A stretch of DNA of 40,000 nucleotides, from sequence record LC667451.1, one strand, 5' to 3'. The translations under genes and the position numbers were made by a program. This DNA is from Burkholderia phage FLC9. This document shows, one piece after another, positions 1 through 7,363 of the stretch (the first letter of the stretch is position 1; each line of letters begins with the position of its first letter). The notes under the pieces are model-generated. The model was not told where the DNA came from. It saw nothing but the letters and a program-made list of their open reading frames with translations, and made no database searches.

Positions 1-1
1 G

Positions 2-1207
2 CCCGACTTCGTCGCGATCTGGAACATCGACTTCGACATGCAGATGATGATCAAGGCCTGCGAGAAAGCTGGCTACGATCCTGCTCACCTCTTTAGCGAT
101 CCATCGATGCCGCATGACTGGCGTCACTTTAAGTACAAGCAAGGCCCGAAGCAGAAGAAGACGGCCTCCGGCAAGATCACGCCGATTAAGCCTGCAGATC
201 AATGGCACACGGTTTATACGCCAGCGAGCTTCTACTTCATCGACGCGATGTGTGTGTACCGGAAGATCCGGATTGCCAAGGGGGAAGAGCCGTCGTATGC
301 GCTGGACGCCATCCTGGACAAGATCTTGGGTGCGCGTAAGCTCAAGTTCAAGGAAGCCGAGCAGTACACCAAGCTCGAGTGGCACCAGTACATGCAGCAG
401 AACTTCAAGCTCGAATACATCGTCTACAACGTCTTTGACTGTGTATCGATGGAGATGCTGGACGAGACCACGCTAGACTTAGCGGTGGCGTTACCAGGTG
501 GATCGGGTTGCTCAGACTTCGGCAACTTCAAGTCACAGCCGCGTCGTACCGTGGACGATCTGCATTACTTCGCCATGGACGAGAAGGGGCTGGTCATCGG
601 TAGTACGTCTGATGAGATGGCGTCCGACCTGGATCAGCTGACGCTTGGTCTGGAGAACTGGATCGTCACACTGCCTGCTCACCTGGTGGCGGACAACGGT
701 TTGCAGTTGATCGAAGAGTATCCGTTGTTGCGCACCAATATCCGGGTGCACGTGGCGGACTTGGACGTCTCGGCATCGTACCCGAACGGTGAGGTGGTCT
801 TTAACATCGGTAAGTGTACGACCAAGAAGGAGCTCTGTAGCGTCGAGGGTGTCTCCGAACAGTTGCAGCGCGCTCAGGGTATCAATCTGTCGGGAGGCCA
901 CACGAACGCGGTTGAGTTCTGTGTGGATATGTACAAGCTTCCACACATGGACACCTGGCTGCGTGAGTTCAACATGGCGCGCGGGATTCCGCTGGTACAA
1001 GATGCGACCCAGGAAGAACTGGACTTCATCTCGTCTCTGCTGCGCTCGGGTGAAGGTTCACCGACGACACCGGTTCGTCTGCAGATGACCACGGGCGTGA
1101 CCATGACGATGGGTGGTGAACATCGTCCGATCAACGAGAACGGTTGGATCGACATGACGGACGCTGATAGCGAATCCGATCAGGCCATTGTTGCCATGGA
1201 GGAGTAA
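2..1207 (+). CDS. DNA polymerase family B-like protein, exonuclease domain plus motif A region (5' truncated by window edge)
   Basis: Frame is open from base 2: PDFVAIWNIDFDMQMMI (Exo II-like NxDFD), YNVFDCVSMEMLDE (Exo III-like), and VADLDVSASYPNGE (PolB motif A-like DxxxxYP). Stop TAA at 1205-1207. Confidence 0.8.
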   Translation, partial: PDFVAIWNIDFDMQMMIKACEKAGYDPAHLFSDPSMPHDWRHFKYKQGPKQKKTASGKITPIKPADQWHTVYTPASFYFIDAMCVYRKIRIAKGEEPSYALDAILDKILGARKLKFKEAEQYTKLEWHQYMQQNFKLEYIVYNVFDCVSMEMLDETTLDLAVALPGGSGCSDFGNFKSQPRRTVDDLHYFAMDEKGLVIGSTSDEMASDLDQLTLGLENWIVTLPAHLVADNGLQLIEEYPLLRTNIRVHVADLDVSASYPNGEVVFNIGKCTTKKELCSVEGVSEQLQRAQGINLSGGHTNAVEFCVDMYKLPHMDTWLREFNMARGIPLVQDATQEELDFISSLLRSGEGSPTTPVRLQMTTGVTMTMGGEHRPINENGWIDMTDADSESDQAIVAMEE

Positions 1208-1449
1208 TGCTGCACGAGACTTACTTCAACACCAGTCCAACTGATCCGGTGAAGTTGGAGCCGGGCAACAAGCATCGGAAGATCAACTTCGATCTGTGTA
1301 CGGCAATTGATCTGACCAAGATGAGTATTGTCTTGGATGATCTGGTGGCCGCAGGCATGCATCCCAACCTGGCTCACTTGTATAAGATCCAGGCCGATGC
1401 GCTCTTGCAGCAGTTGCGTTCTGAGAACAACCGTATCCACGGTCTCTGA
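1207..1449 (+). CDS. hypothetical protein (80 aa)
   Basis: ATG overlaps the stop of the upstream gene (TAATG) and is preceded by GGAGGAG. Confidence 0.7.
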   Translation: MLHETYFNTSPTDPVKLEPGNKHRKINFDLCTAIDLTKMSIVLDDLVAAGMHPNLAHLYKIQADALLQQLRSENNRIHGL

Positions 1450-1453
1450 GGAC

Positions 1454-1500
1454 AAAAAAAAAAGAGGTCATAACGAGCGAGCCCTAGGGCTCGCTCTATG
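1454..1500 (-). terminator. intrinsic terminator between convergent genes
   Basis: Inverted repeat gagcgagccc-ta-gggctcgctc (1475-1496). Plus-strand A10 (1454-1463) is a T-tract on the minus strand, just past the gene ending at 1504. Confidence 0.85.
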
Positions 1501-1503
1501 ACG

Positions 1504-2154
1504 TTACTTGGCTTTCCAGGGCAAACGGTCTTCCCACTTCAAGCGCAGTACGCGAGCGTAGCGATCCGCCAGCTGACGAGTGCGACCAACGCTCAATTCC
1601 AATACTTCGGCCATCTTGACGTACGTGATGCCGCGCGCATGGAGCTCGACGACTAGCTTGCTCACCAACATGGCCATGTCGTGCGTGACACGGTTCATCT
1701 TGTCCAGGTCGTCTGCATATCGCAGACGCTCAGACGAGCCAAACATCCATGCGCGTTCATCATCCGTGAGCACGTTGGAAAGCGTACTCAGGGCAGCCGC
1801 CTTGCGCATGTGGGCGTCTAGCCTGACGATGTAGGGCCGACGCATTTCGTTCAACGCATGCTGACTGCCCAGACGAATGGCTCGCGTTTCCAACTCTTCG
1901 AACTTGACACGGGTGAATTCCGAGACATGGTAGAGGTAGTCTTCGCGGTTGTCTTCGTCTCGTGCTTCCCAGGCCGCGTCGAACTCGTCGACCCACGCCT
2001 TCACGTGATCAAACATCCCGCGTGAACCACCCACCATGTCCATCAGTTCCTCACCGCGCGCCTTCGAGAGCTTATTCCAGAGCACTCCCACGTCCATGGA
2101 GATGTCGAAGAGAATTTCCTGCTGGCGCTGCAAGTCCTGTAGTGTATTTGCCAC
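1504..2154 (-). CDS. hypothetical protein with C-terminal helix-turn-helix-like segment
   Basis: 216 aa ORF. C-terminal GITYVKMAEVLELSVGRTRQLADRYARVLRLKW resembles a sigma region 4/HTH pattern. Confidence 0.65.
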   Translation of the reverse strand: MANTLQDLQRQQEILFDISMDVGVLWNKLSKARGEELMDMVGGSRGMFDHVKAWVDEFDAAWEARDEDNREDYLYHVSEFTRVKFEELETRAIRLGSQHALNEMRRPYIVRLDAHMRKAAALSTLSNVLTDDERAWMFGSSERLRYADDLDKMNRVTHDMAMLVSKLVVELHARGITYVKMAEVLELSVGRTRQLADRYARVLRLKWEDRLPWKAK

Positions 2155-2168
2155 GGCAATCTCCTTGG

Positions 2169-2726
2169 TTATTCTGCCATGACCAGACGGAACGCTGTCA
2201 CCTCAACTTCTTCATCGAGGATCTCGCGTTCCAGATCGGCCGGGTCGATTGCGCCCGGATGGAACTTGTGGATCGTGTGCACACGACGCTGACCGTCGGA
2301 CCAGTTGTTCTCCTCCCAGTCCCAGACAATCACCGAAGTCGAGTAGCCGTAGCCGTACGCATGGCGGACCTCGTATTCCTGGTCCTTGAACTTCAGTGTC
2401 GCGACGGCCACCGGGATCTTCTTCAGTAGGCCGAGCGGACCTTCCTTGCGGTCGTACACCAGCGTCGGGTCTTTCAGCAGATTGCAGAAGCGCTTGATCT
2501 CGCTTTCCTTAGCATCGCGATCCGCTTTAGTGGGGAACCACCAGGCGTAGATATGTGACTCGCCTGACACCGGATCGGTTTCGTTGGGATGGCCGAAACG
2601 ACCAATGAACATCTTGTTCTTGGCTGCTGCACCCCAGACGCGCAGCATGAACCATTCGCTATCGCGACGGCGGATGATTTGCTTGACTTGCTTGCGTGCG
2701 ATCTTGAAAACTTCTGCTTCACTCAT
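2169..2726 (-). CDS. hypothetical protein (185 aa)
   Basis: ORF collinear with minus-strand cluster, preceded by GGAG-type RBS. Confidence 0.7.
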   Translation of the reverse strand: MSEAEVFKIARKQVKQIIRRRDSEWFMLRVWGAAAKNKMFIGRFGHPNETDPVSGESHIYAWWFPTKADRDAKESEIKRFCNLLKDPTLVYDRKEGPLGLLKKIPVAVATLKFKDQEYEVRHAYGYGYSTSVIVWDWEENNWSDGQRRVHTIHKFHPGAIDPADLEREILDEEVEVTAFRLVMAE

Positions 2727-2744
2727 TTCTACTCTCCTCGTACC

Positions 2745-3077
2745 TTAACGAATAATTTCCAGACCTTCCCACCGAATGATGCGTCCTGTGTAGTCCGTTC
2801 TAAAATAACCTACGACCGTGATTGGGTCGATCTGCATGCCTTCGAGCAGCGTTTCCTTCGCTTCGCAACGCATGACCAACTTCCAGCCCTCCGTAACCAT
2901 GCTGAGCTCTTTGACTTCAGTCTCGATACGCGATGCGCCAACCATGTAGTCGTAGTTGATCAGGTGTTTCATGTCGCGCACCCAAAGATCCACCCACATG
3001 GTACCGCCCAATGCTGAGAGATTCTCTTTCAGCCAGACTTGCAGGTCATTAAAGCCTTTGACTTCATTCGGGTTCAT
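2745..3077 (-). CDS. hypothetical protein (110 aa)
   Basis: ORF with RBS gaggag upstream of ATG. Confidence 0.7.
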   Translation of the reverse strand: MNPNEVKGFNDLQVWLKENLSALGGTMWVDLWVRDMKHLINYDYMVGASRIETEVKELSMVTEGWKLVMRCEAKETLLEGMQIDPITVVGYFRTDYTGRIIRWEGLEIIR

Positions 3078-3097
3078 GCGTACTCTCCTCGTCGAAG

Positions 3098-3115
3098 GCC
3101 CTCCGGAAGGAGGGC
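3098..3115 (-). terminator. intergenic hairpin, possible terminator or processing site (no T-tract)
   Basis: gccctcc-ggaa-ggagggc, perfect 7-bp stem between two minus-strand genes. Confidence 0.4.
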
Positions 3116-3124
3116 GCTATGCTC

Positions 3125-3742
3125 TTACTTGATGCCGTTGTGGCGGGCGAATTCGTCAAACGTCCAGGTCGTATTGGCTTGCGTGCCAATACGTTCCTTG
3201 TAGACAGTTAGCCACATGTCCTGGAACGGCTTGCCTTTGTCCTTCGCTTCCTGAAGGAGCGCCTTGTGACGCTCATTGGCGTTACGCCACACGGCGCCAT
3301 CGTCCGAGTAGTCGTACCACCAGTTATGGCTCTCCAGGCGCGCACGAAACGCCATGAGCTCCTTTTGTTCAGGCGTCATGATGGCTTCGTAATCCGCTTT
3401 CAGCTTCTGGATCTTCTCCTGCGTCTTATCGCGCTCGTTACGGATCGCCTGATCCACGGCCGTGCTGATCAGACTGCGGATGGAGTCTTCCTTCACGCGA
3501 CGGAAGGTATCCAGACCGCGCAATGCTTGTGACATCGCCCGGCTGAACAGGCGGTCTTCCGCCTTGGTCTGCTGGATGAAGTCACCGTAGTTATTCGTGG
3601 TGTGTGCCCAGACGTGCTGGTACAGATCTTCCATGAAGTCTTCGAACGACTCCGTGGGCTTGAATGCTTCACGACGAATCGGAGTACCGAATTCACGCGG
3701 CAGATTCCTGTTGGGATTCGGGGTACGCTTTTCGTTTTGCAT
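3125..3742 (-). CDS. hypothetical protein (about 205 aa)
   Basis: ORF 3125..3751 starts with TTG; the first ATG is at 3742. Confidence 0.65.
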   Translation of the reverse strand: MQNEKRTPNPNRNLPREFGTPIRREAFKPTESFEDFMEDLYQHVWAHTTNNYGDFIQQTKAEDRLFSRAMSQALRGLDTFRRVKEDSIRSLISTAVDQAIRNERDKTQEKIQKLKADYEAIMTPEQKELMAFRARLESHNWWYDYSDDGAVWRNANERHKALLQEAKDKGKPFQDMWLTVYKERIGTQANTTWTFDEFARHNGIK

Positions 3743-3801
3743 GATGATCAACTCGTAGACATTAAAGGGATTTGTTCTTGGAGTTCTACTCCATGTAACA
3801 G

Positions 3802-3815
3802 TCCGGTAATATAGA
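3802..3815 (-). promoter_or_regulatory. phiKZ early-like promoter motif (CTATATTACCGGA)
   Basis: Minus strand TATATTAC at 3813-3806, about 64 nt upstream of the gene starting at 3742. Member of the recurrent motif set. Confidence 0.5.
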
Positions 3816-3843
3816 TCCGAAATAAAATAGAATCGACGTCATA

Positions 3844-3865
3844 GAGCGGAGCCGAAGCCCCGCTC
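3844..3865 (-). terminator. UUCG-capped terminator-like hairpin
   Basis: Minus strand gagcggggc-ttcg-gctccgctc: 9-bp stem containing one G.U pair, immediately after the endolysin gene stop (3870). Followed by T-rich sequence. Confidence 0.65.
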
Positions 3866-3869
3866 AGAC

Positions 3870-4721
3870 TTACCCGTAGATCGGGAAGAGTTGATTGAAC
3901 GCATTGGCCAGCCGCGTATGGTACGGCGGGTTGCTGTTCGCTTCGTTGCTGCCGTTGTACTGACGGGCGAAGTTCAACCAGTCCTTGTTCTGCAGCAGCT
4001 TCTGCATCTGACCACCCGAGGTGATCTTGATGAAGTTCACGAACGCTTCGAGTTGCTTGTCTTCCGAGACACGCATGTCAGTGACAAAGCTGTCGACGTC
4101 CTTGTAGCCCGCCCAGTCGTAGTGGAAACCCATGATCTGGAACAGACCCCAGGAACACGCACCCATGGCCGCTTTCGGATTCAGGGCGAAGGCACGATTG
4201 AAGCGGCTGTACTCACCTGCACCGCCCGCATAACCACCCGGCGTCGCGTTGATGATGTCGCCATTGCCTTTGGCTACCCAGGTATTGATCTGGGCTTGCT
4301 GCACACCGAGAGCCAACAGCTGCTTCAGGAAGATGTGGCGTTCGAACAGGATGATGCAACGGCCATCCGGCAAGAAACCTGAACCCGACGTCTCCACCGT
4401 ACACACTGTGCGAATCGTCGAGGTGAGGATACCGAGTTGCTGCGCCGCTGCGACATAGTCGTGCGATTGCAGATACTTGGCGACGATGAACGCATCCAGC
4501 AATCCTTGCGTAGCTGTGTCGTATTGGCCCGTCGACGGAATCCCGCTTTTCATCTGGAACTGCTGGAGGACCGCAATCGACTTGGGACCGAAGTTACCAT
4601 CGGGCACCAGAGACGGACTGGGATTGACTTTCTCATTCAGAGCCTTCTGGAGACCCTTCGTGTATTCTGCATCGAACTGTGGCGTGATCGCACTACCCAA
4701 TGCTGCTGTTTGGCCAGCCAT
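3870..4721 (-). CDS. endolysin: peptidoglycan-binding domain plus N-acetylmuramidase (DUF3380-like)
   Basis: N-terminal repeat-type PG-binding signature (LQKALNE..VPDGNFGPKSIAVLQQFQ..GIPSTGQYDTAT). C-terminal VCTVETSGSGFLPDGRCIILFERHIF...GACSWGLFQIMGFHY...FARQYNG. Confidence 0.92.
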   Translation of the reverse strand: MAGQTAALGSAITPQFDAEYTKGLQKALNEKVNPSPSLVPDGNFGPKSIAVLQQFQMKSGIPSTGQYDTATQGLLDAFIVAKYLQSHDYVAAAQQLGILTSTIRTVCTVETSGSGFLPDGRCIILFERHIFLKQLLALGVQQAQINTWVAKGNGDIINATPGGYAGGAGEYSRFNRAFALNPKAAMGACSWGLFQIMGFHYDWAGYKDVDSFVTDMRVSEDKQLEAFVNFIKITSGGQMQKLLQNKDWLNFARQYNGSNEANSNPPYHTRLANAFNQLFPIYG

Positions 4722-4828
4722 AACTACTCCTTAACGTAATAGAGCCCCCGAGGCAGTGGAACCCGCTATAGGATTCCACTAGCCACGAGGACTCAGCACC
4801 CGTTAAGGTGAGACAGTAATGCTACGGC

Positions 4829-6166
4829 TTACTGCTTGCTGGCGAAGTGATCGACGATCGCCTTCTGGTGATGCGGTGCCAGACGTTCGATGAACGCGAT
4901 CACGCTATGCACTGCGTGACGTTCGAATTCACCGATGTCAGCGATGATGCTTTGCACCAGGCCCAGTGCTTCTTCCGAGACGGGCTCGGGTTCAGCCGGG
5001 GTTTCCGGTTCCACGTCACCACCCGACGGTTGTGCCGGATCTGCCGGTTGATCACCGCCAGTAGCATCGCCACCAGTCGAGGGATCTGCGACCACCGGCG
5101 TCGAAGGGTCCGCTACCACCGGGGTATCCGGGGTCGCGGTCGAAGCAGCGTCACCGCCGCTTGCTTCGCCGCCAGCTGCATCAGCCGGAGTCCCGGCATC
5201 CGGTGCGCTGGGTGCAACCGGGTCCGTCGGTGCATCGACTTCACCTGCAGCTTGATCAGCCGTGGGGTCGGTCGTTTCACCCGCTGCCGATTCGACGACC
5301 GGCTGTGCGTTGTCGACATTGCTCGAGTCCGTCGGAGTAACCGGGTCAGCCGGAACTTCCGGCGTCACAGCATCCACCGGTGCGTCGGCTGCAGGTTGTC
5401 CTGCGTCTGCCACTTCAGGAGCCGTATCGACCACCGGATCGGCCGAGGGTACAACCGTACCCGAATCGACAGGAGCGGTGTTGTCCACAGCCGGTGCAGC
5501 AGGTTGGTCACCCGTTTGATCTGCTGCGGGATCTGCCGGAGCCACGACGTCTGCGTCGGTGGGTTGATCGACGACGGGGTCTGCGACGACCGCGGGTGCT
5601 TGCGGATCGACAGTGACGTCACCCGTCGTGCCTTCAGCCGTTGCATCGCCAGCGTCGGTTCCCGAAACGGGTTGCGTTTCTTGTCCAGCATCGACTGCCG
5701 TGGTATCCGGCGTTGCCGATACGTCAGCGACCGGTTGCGTGTCCGTTCCAGCGGCCGCAGGATCTTCTTCCACGACCGGTGCGACAGTGCCGCTATCCGC
5801 ATCTCCAGTAACTGCGGGAGCGTCGGCGGGCTGTACTGCGGGTTCTGCATCTTGCGTTGCATCGCCCGTTGCCGGAGCGACGTCCGTCGTGCCATTGGCT
5901 TGTGCGTTGATTGCTGCCGCCGCTGCCGCCGCGCGCGCGGCTGCTTCGACGACGGTAATGCCGCCCGGTTGGATCAGGCCGTGGCTGTCGATGTCCTCGC
6001 CTTCTTGCAGCGTGTACTGCTGCACTGCGCCGGTTGCGTCGAGGTACTGCACGGTGATCGTGGTCGTTGCAGCAGGTTGGCTCGATGCTGCGGAAGCATC
6101 GGCCGGAGGGGTGTCTGCGCCCGCTTCCGCTTGCGGGTCTTGAGGTTGCGCTTGCACGTCCGACAT
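4829..6166 (-). CDS. acidic Ala/Pro/Asp/Val/Thr-rich low-complexity protein with short folded C-terminus
   Basis: 445 aa ORF with RBS aggag. About 300 aa of PADP/DVVAP/TDP-type low complexity, then EALGLVQSIIADIGEFERHAVHSVIAFIERLAPHHQKAIVDHFASKQ. Confidence 0.75.
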   Translation of the reverse strand: MSDVQAQPQDPQAEAGADTPPADASAASSQPAATTTITVQYLDATGAVQQYTLQEGEDIDSHGLIQPGGITVVEAAARAAAAAAAINAQANGTTDVAPATGDATQDAEPAVQPADAPAVTGDADSGTVAPVVEEDPAAAGTDTQPVADVSATPDTTAVDAGQETQPVSGTDAGDATAEGTTGDVTVDPQAPAVVADPVVDQPTDADVVAPADPAADQTGDQPAAPAVDNTAPVDSGTVVPSADPVVDTAPEVADAGQPAADAPVDAVTPEVPADPVTPTDSSNVDNAQPVVESAAGETTDPTADQAAGEVDAPTDPVAPSAPDAGTPADAAGGEASGGDAASTATPDTPVVADPSTPVVADPSTGGDATGGDQPADPAQPSGGDVEPETPAEPEPVSEEALGLVQSIIADIGEFERHAVHSVIAFIERLAPHHQKAIVDHFASKQ

Positions 6167-6177
6167 GCTAAACTTCT

Positions 6178-6256
6178 CCTGGTTTCAATAGTTGGAAGCA
6201 CTCATGTGCTCCATAAAATTGGGGGTCCCCAAGTTTATTTTCCCTACTGAAACCAG
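6178..6256 (-). ncRNA. candidate structured leader RNA (three-way-junction-like)
   Basis: Outer arms 6178-6190 and 6244-6256 form 13 bp on the minus-strand RNA (one G.U). They enclose agcac-tcat-gtgct and ttgggg-gt-ccccaa hairpins. The outer arm touches the RBS of the gene starting at 6166. Confidence 0.4.
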
Positions 6257-6267
6257 GGGCCTACAAC

Positions 6268-6933
6268 TTACTTGTTGTAGAAGTTCAGCAGCTTCTGACG
6301 ACCGGCTTCGGTGATACCGAATTCGAGCGTCTTGCCGAACTCGACCTGCTTGATCGCGGCGTTGCGACCCGCCGGATTGGCCGTGATCTTGATCAGATTC
6401 AGCAGACGCTGGAAGCCCTTGATGTCGTCCTTGGGCAGCGTAATGTGCTCCATGCCGCGGAACACCGCCGACTCATGGAACACGCCGTCCTTGTGCTCGT
6501 GGAAGGTCGCGAGGATGGCCTTCCAGACGATGTAGAAGTCGTCGGTCAGCGTGTTGATCGCGCGAGTCAGCGCACGATACAGTTGCACTTGCGCACGGAC
6601 GATGTCGCGTTGTTCTTGCAGCTTCTTCGGTGCCATCTGGTCCATGTAGGCGGCGATCTGGTCGATCACCATGGTGCCCGAAGGCGTGGCTTCCAGACGA
6701 GCCTTCTGCAGGGCCGAGGTGAGTTCCGACACGGTCGGGGCGGCGGGCTTGACCGGCGTCGGTTCAGCGACGACCGGTGCTTCGGGCGCAGCAGCAGGCG
6801 TGACACCCGTGCTGGTCAGCGTACCCGAGGCGCCGATGTCGGCGGCACCCGGTGCCGGAGCCGTGGTCTTCACGATGCCGAGGATACCGTTGGCTTGTTG
6901 TTCGCTGTTCGGTTGTTGGTTTTCCGTGGTCAT
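6268..6933 (-). CDS. hypothetical protein (221 aa), disordered Ala/Pro-rich N-terminus
   Basis: ORF with strong RBS (aggaga) upstream of ATG. Confidence 0.75.
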   Translation of the reverse strand: MTTENQQPNSEQQANGILGIVKTTAPAPGAADIGASGTLTSTGVTPAAAPEAPVVAEPTPVKPAAPTVSELTSALQKARLEATPSGTMVIDQIAAYMDQMAPKKLQEQRDIVRAQVQLYRALTRAINTLTDDFYIVWKAILATFHEHKDGVFHESAVFRGMEHITLPKDDIKGFQRLLNLIKITANPAGRNAAIKQVEFGKTLEFGITEAGRQKLLNFYNK

Positions 6934-7030
6934 TGCTTGTTCTCCTGGGGAGGGGTTTGCTTCGGGACGATCTTCACCGCCACCGGTACTTTGCGGTTGA
7001 CTACCGCTTGAAAAGGATTCGAGTTATTCA

Positions 7031-7360
7031 TCAGAGCTCACCAAATTTGGCCATGCCTCCGAAGTGCTCTGAGGCACAGAAGCCACAGACCCGACCCTTA
7101 CCGCCGATCCAATTATCGCAATCAAAGGTAAGGTACCCGCACTGTGCGCAGGCGACACGATCTTCATTCGCTAGTAGATCTTCACTAACGATACCAGCAG
7201 CACCCGAGTTCGTCGTGCCAGCGAGCACAGATGCACTTGCGTTTCCCGCGGGTTCAGCCGCGTTGACAAGTCCTGGTGCAGAATGAACCAACCGGAGATG
7301 GGCAGCCTTCGCAGGTTCCACTTCGGGCAGTTCCAATTGCTCTTGGTTGGTTTCGGACAT
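7031..7360 (-). CDS. small putative zinc-binding protein
   Basis: C-terminal VACAQCGYLTFDCDNWIGGKGRVCGFCASEH, two CxxC pairs. Confidence 0.65.
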   Translation of the reverse strand: MSETNQEQLELPEVEPAKAAHLRLVHSAPGLVNAAEPAGNASASVLAGTTNSGAAGIVSEDLLANEDRVACAQCGYLTFDCDNWIGGKGRVCGFCASEHFGGMAKFGEL

Positions 7361-7363
7361 GGT

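Noticed and set aside
4847-6250. 467-aa plus-strand ORF and a nested 176-aa ORF opposite the low-complexity gene
   Set aside because: Produced by repetitive GCN/GAC codons read in antisense. Composition (Cys/Arg/Ser-rich) is not protein-like.
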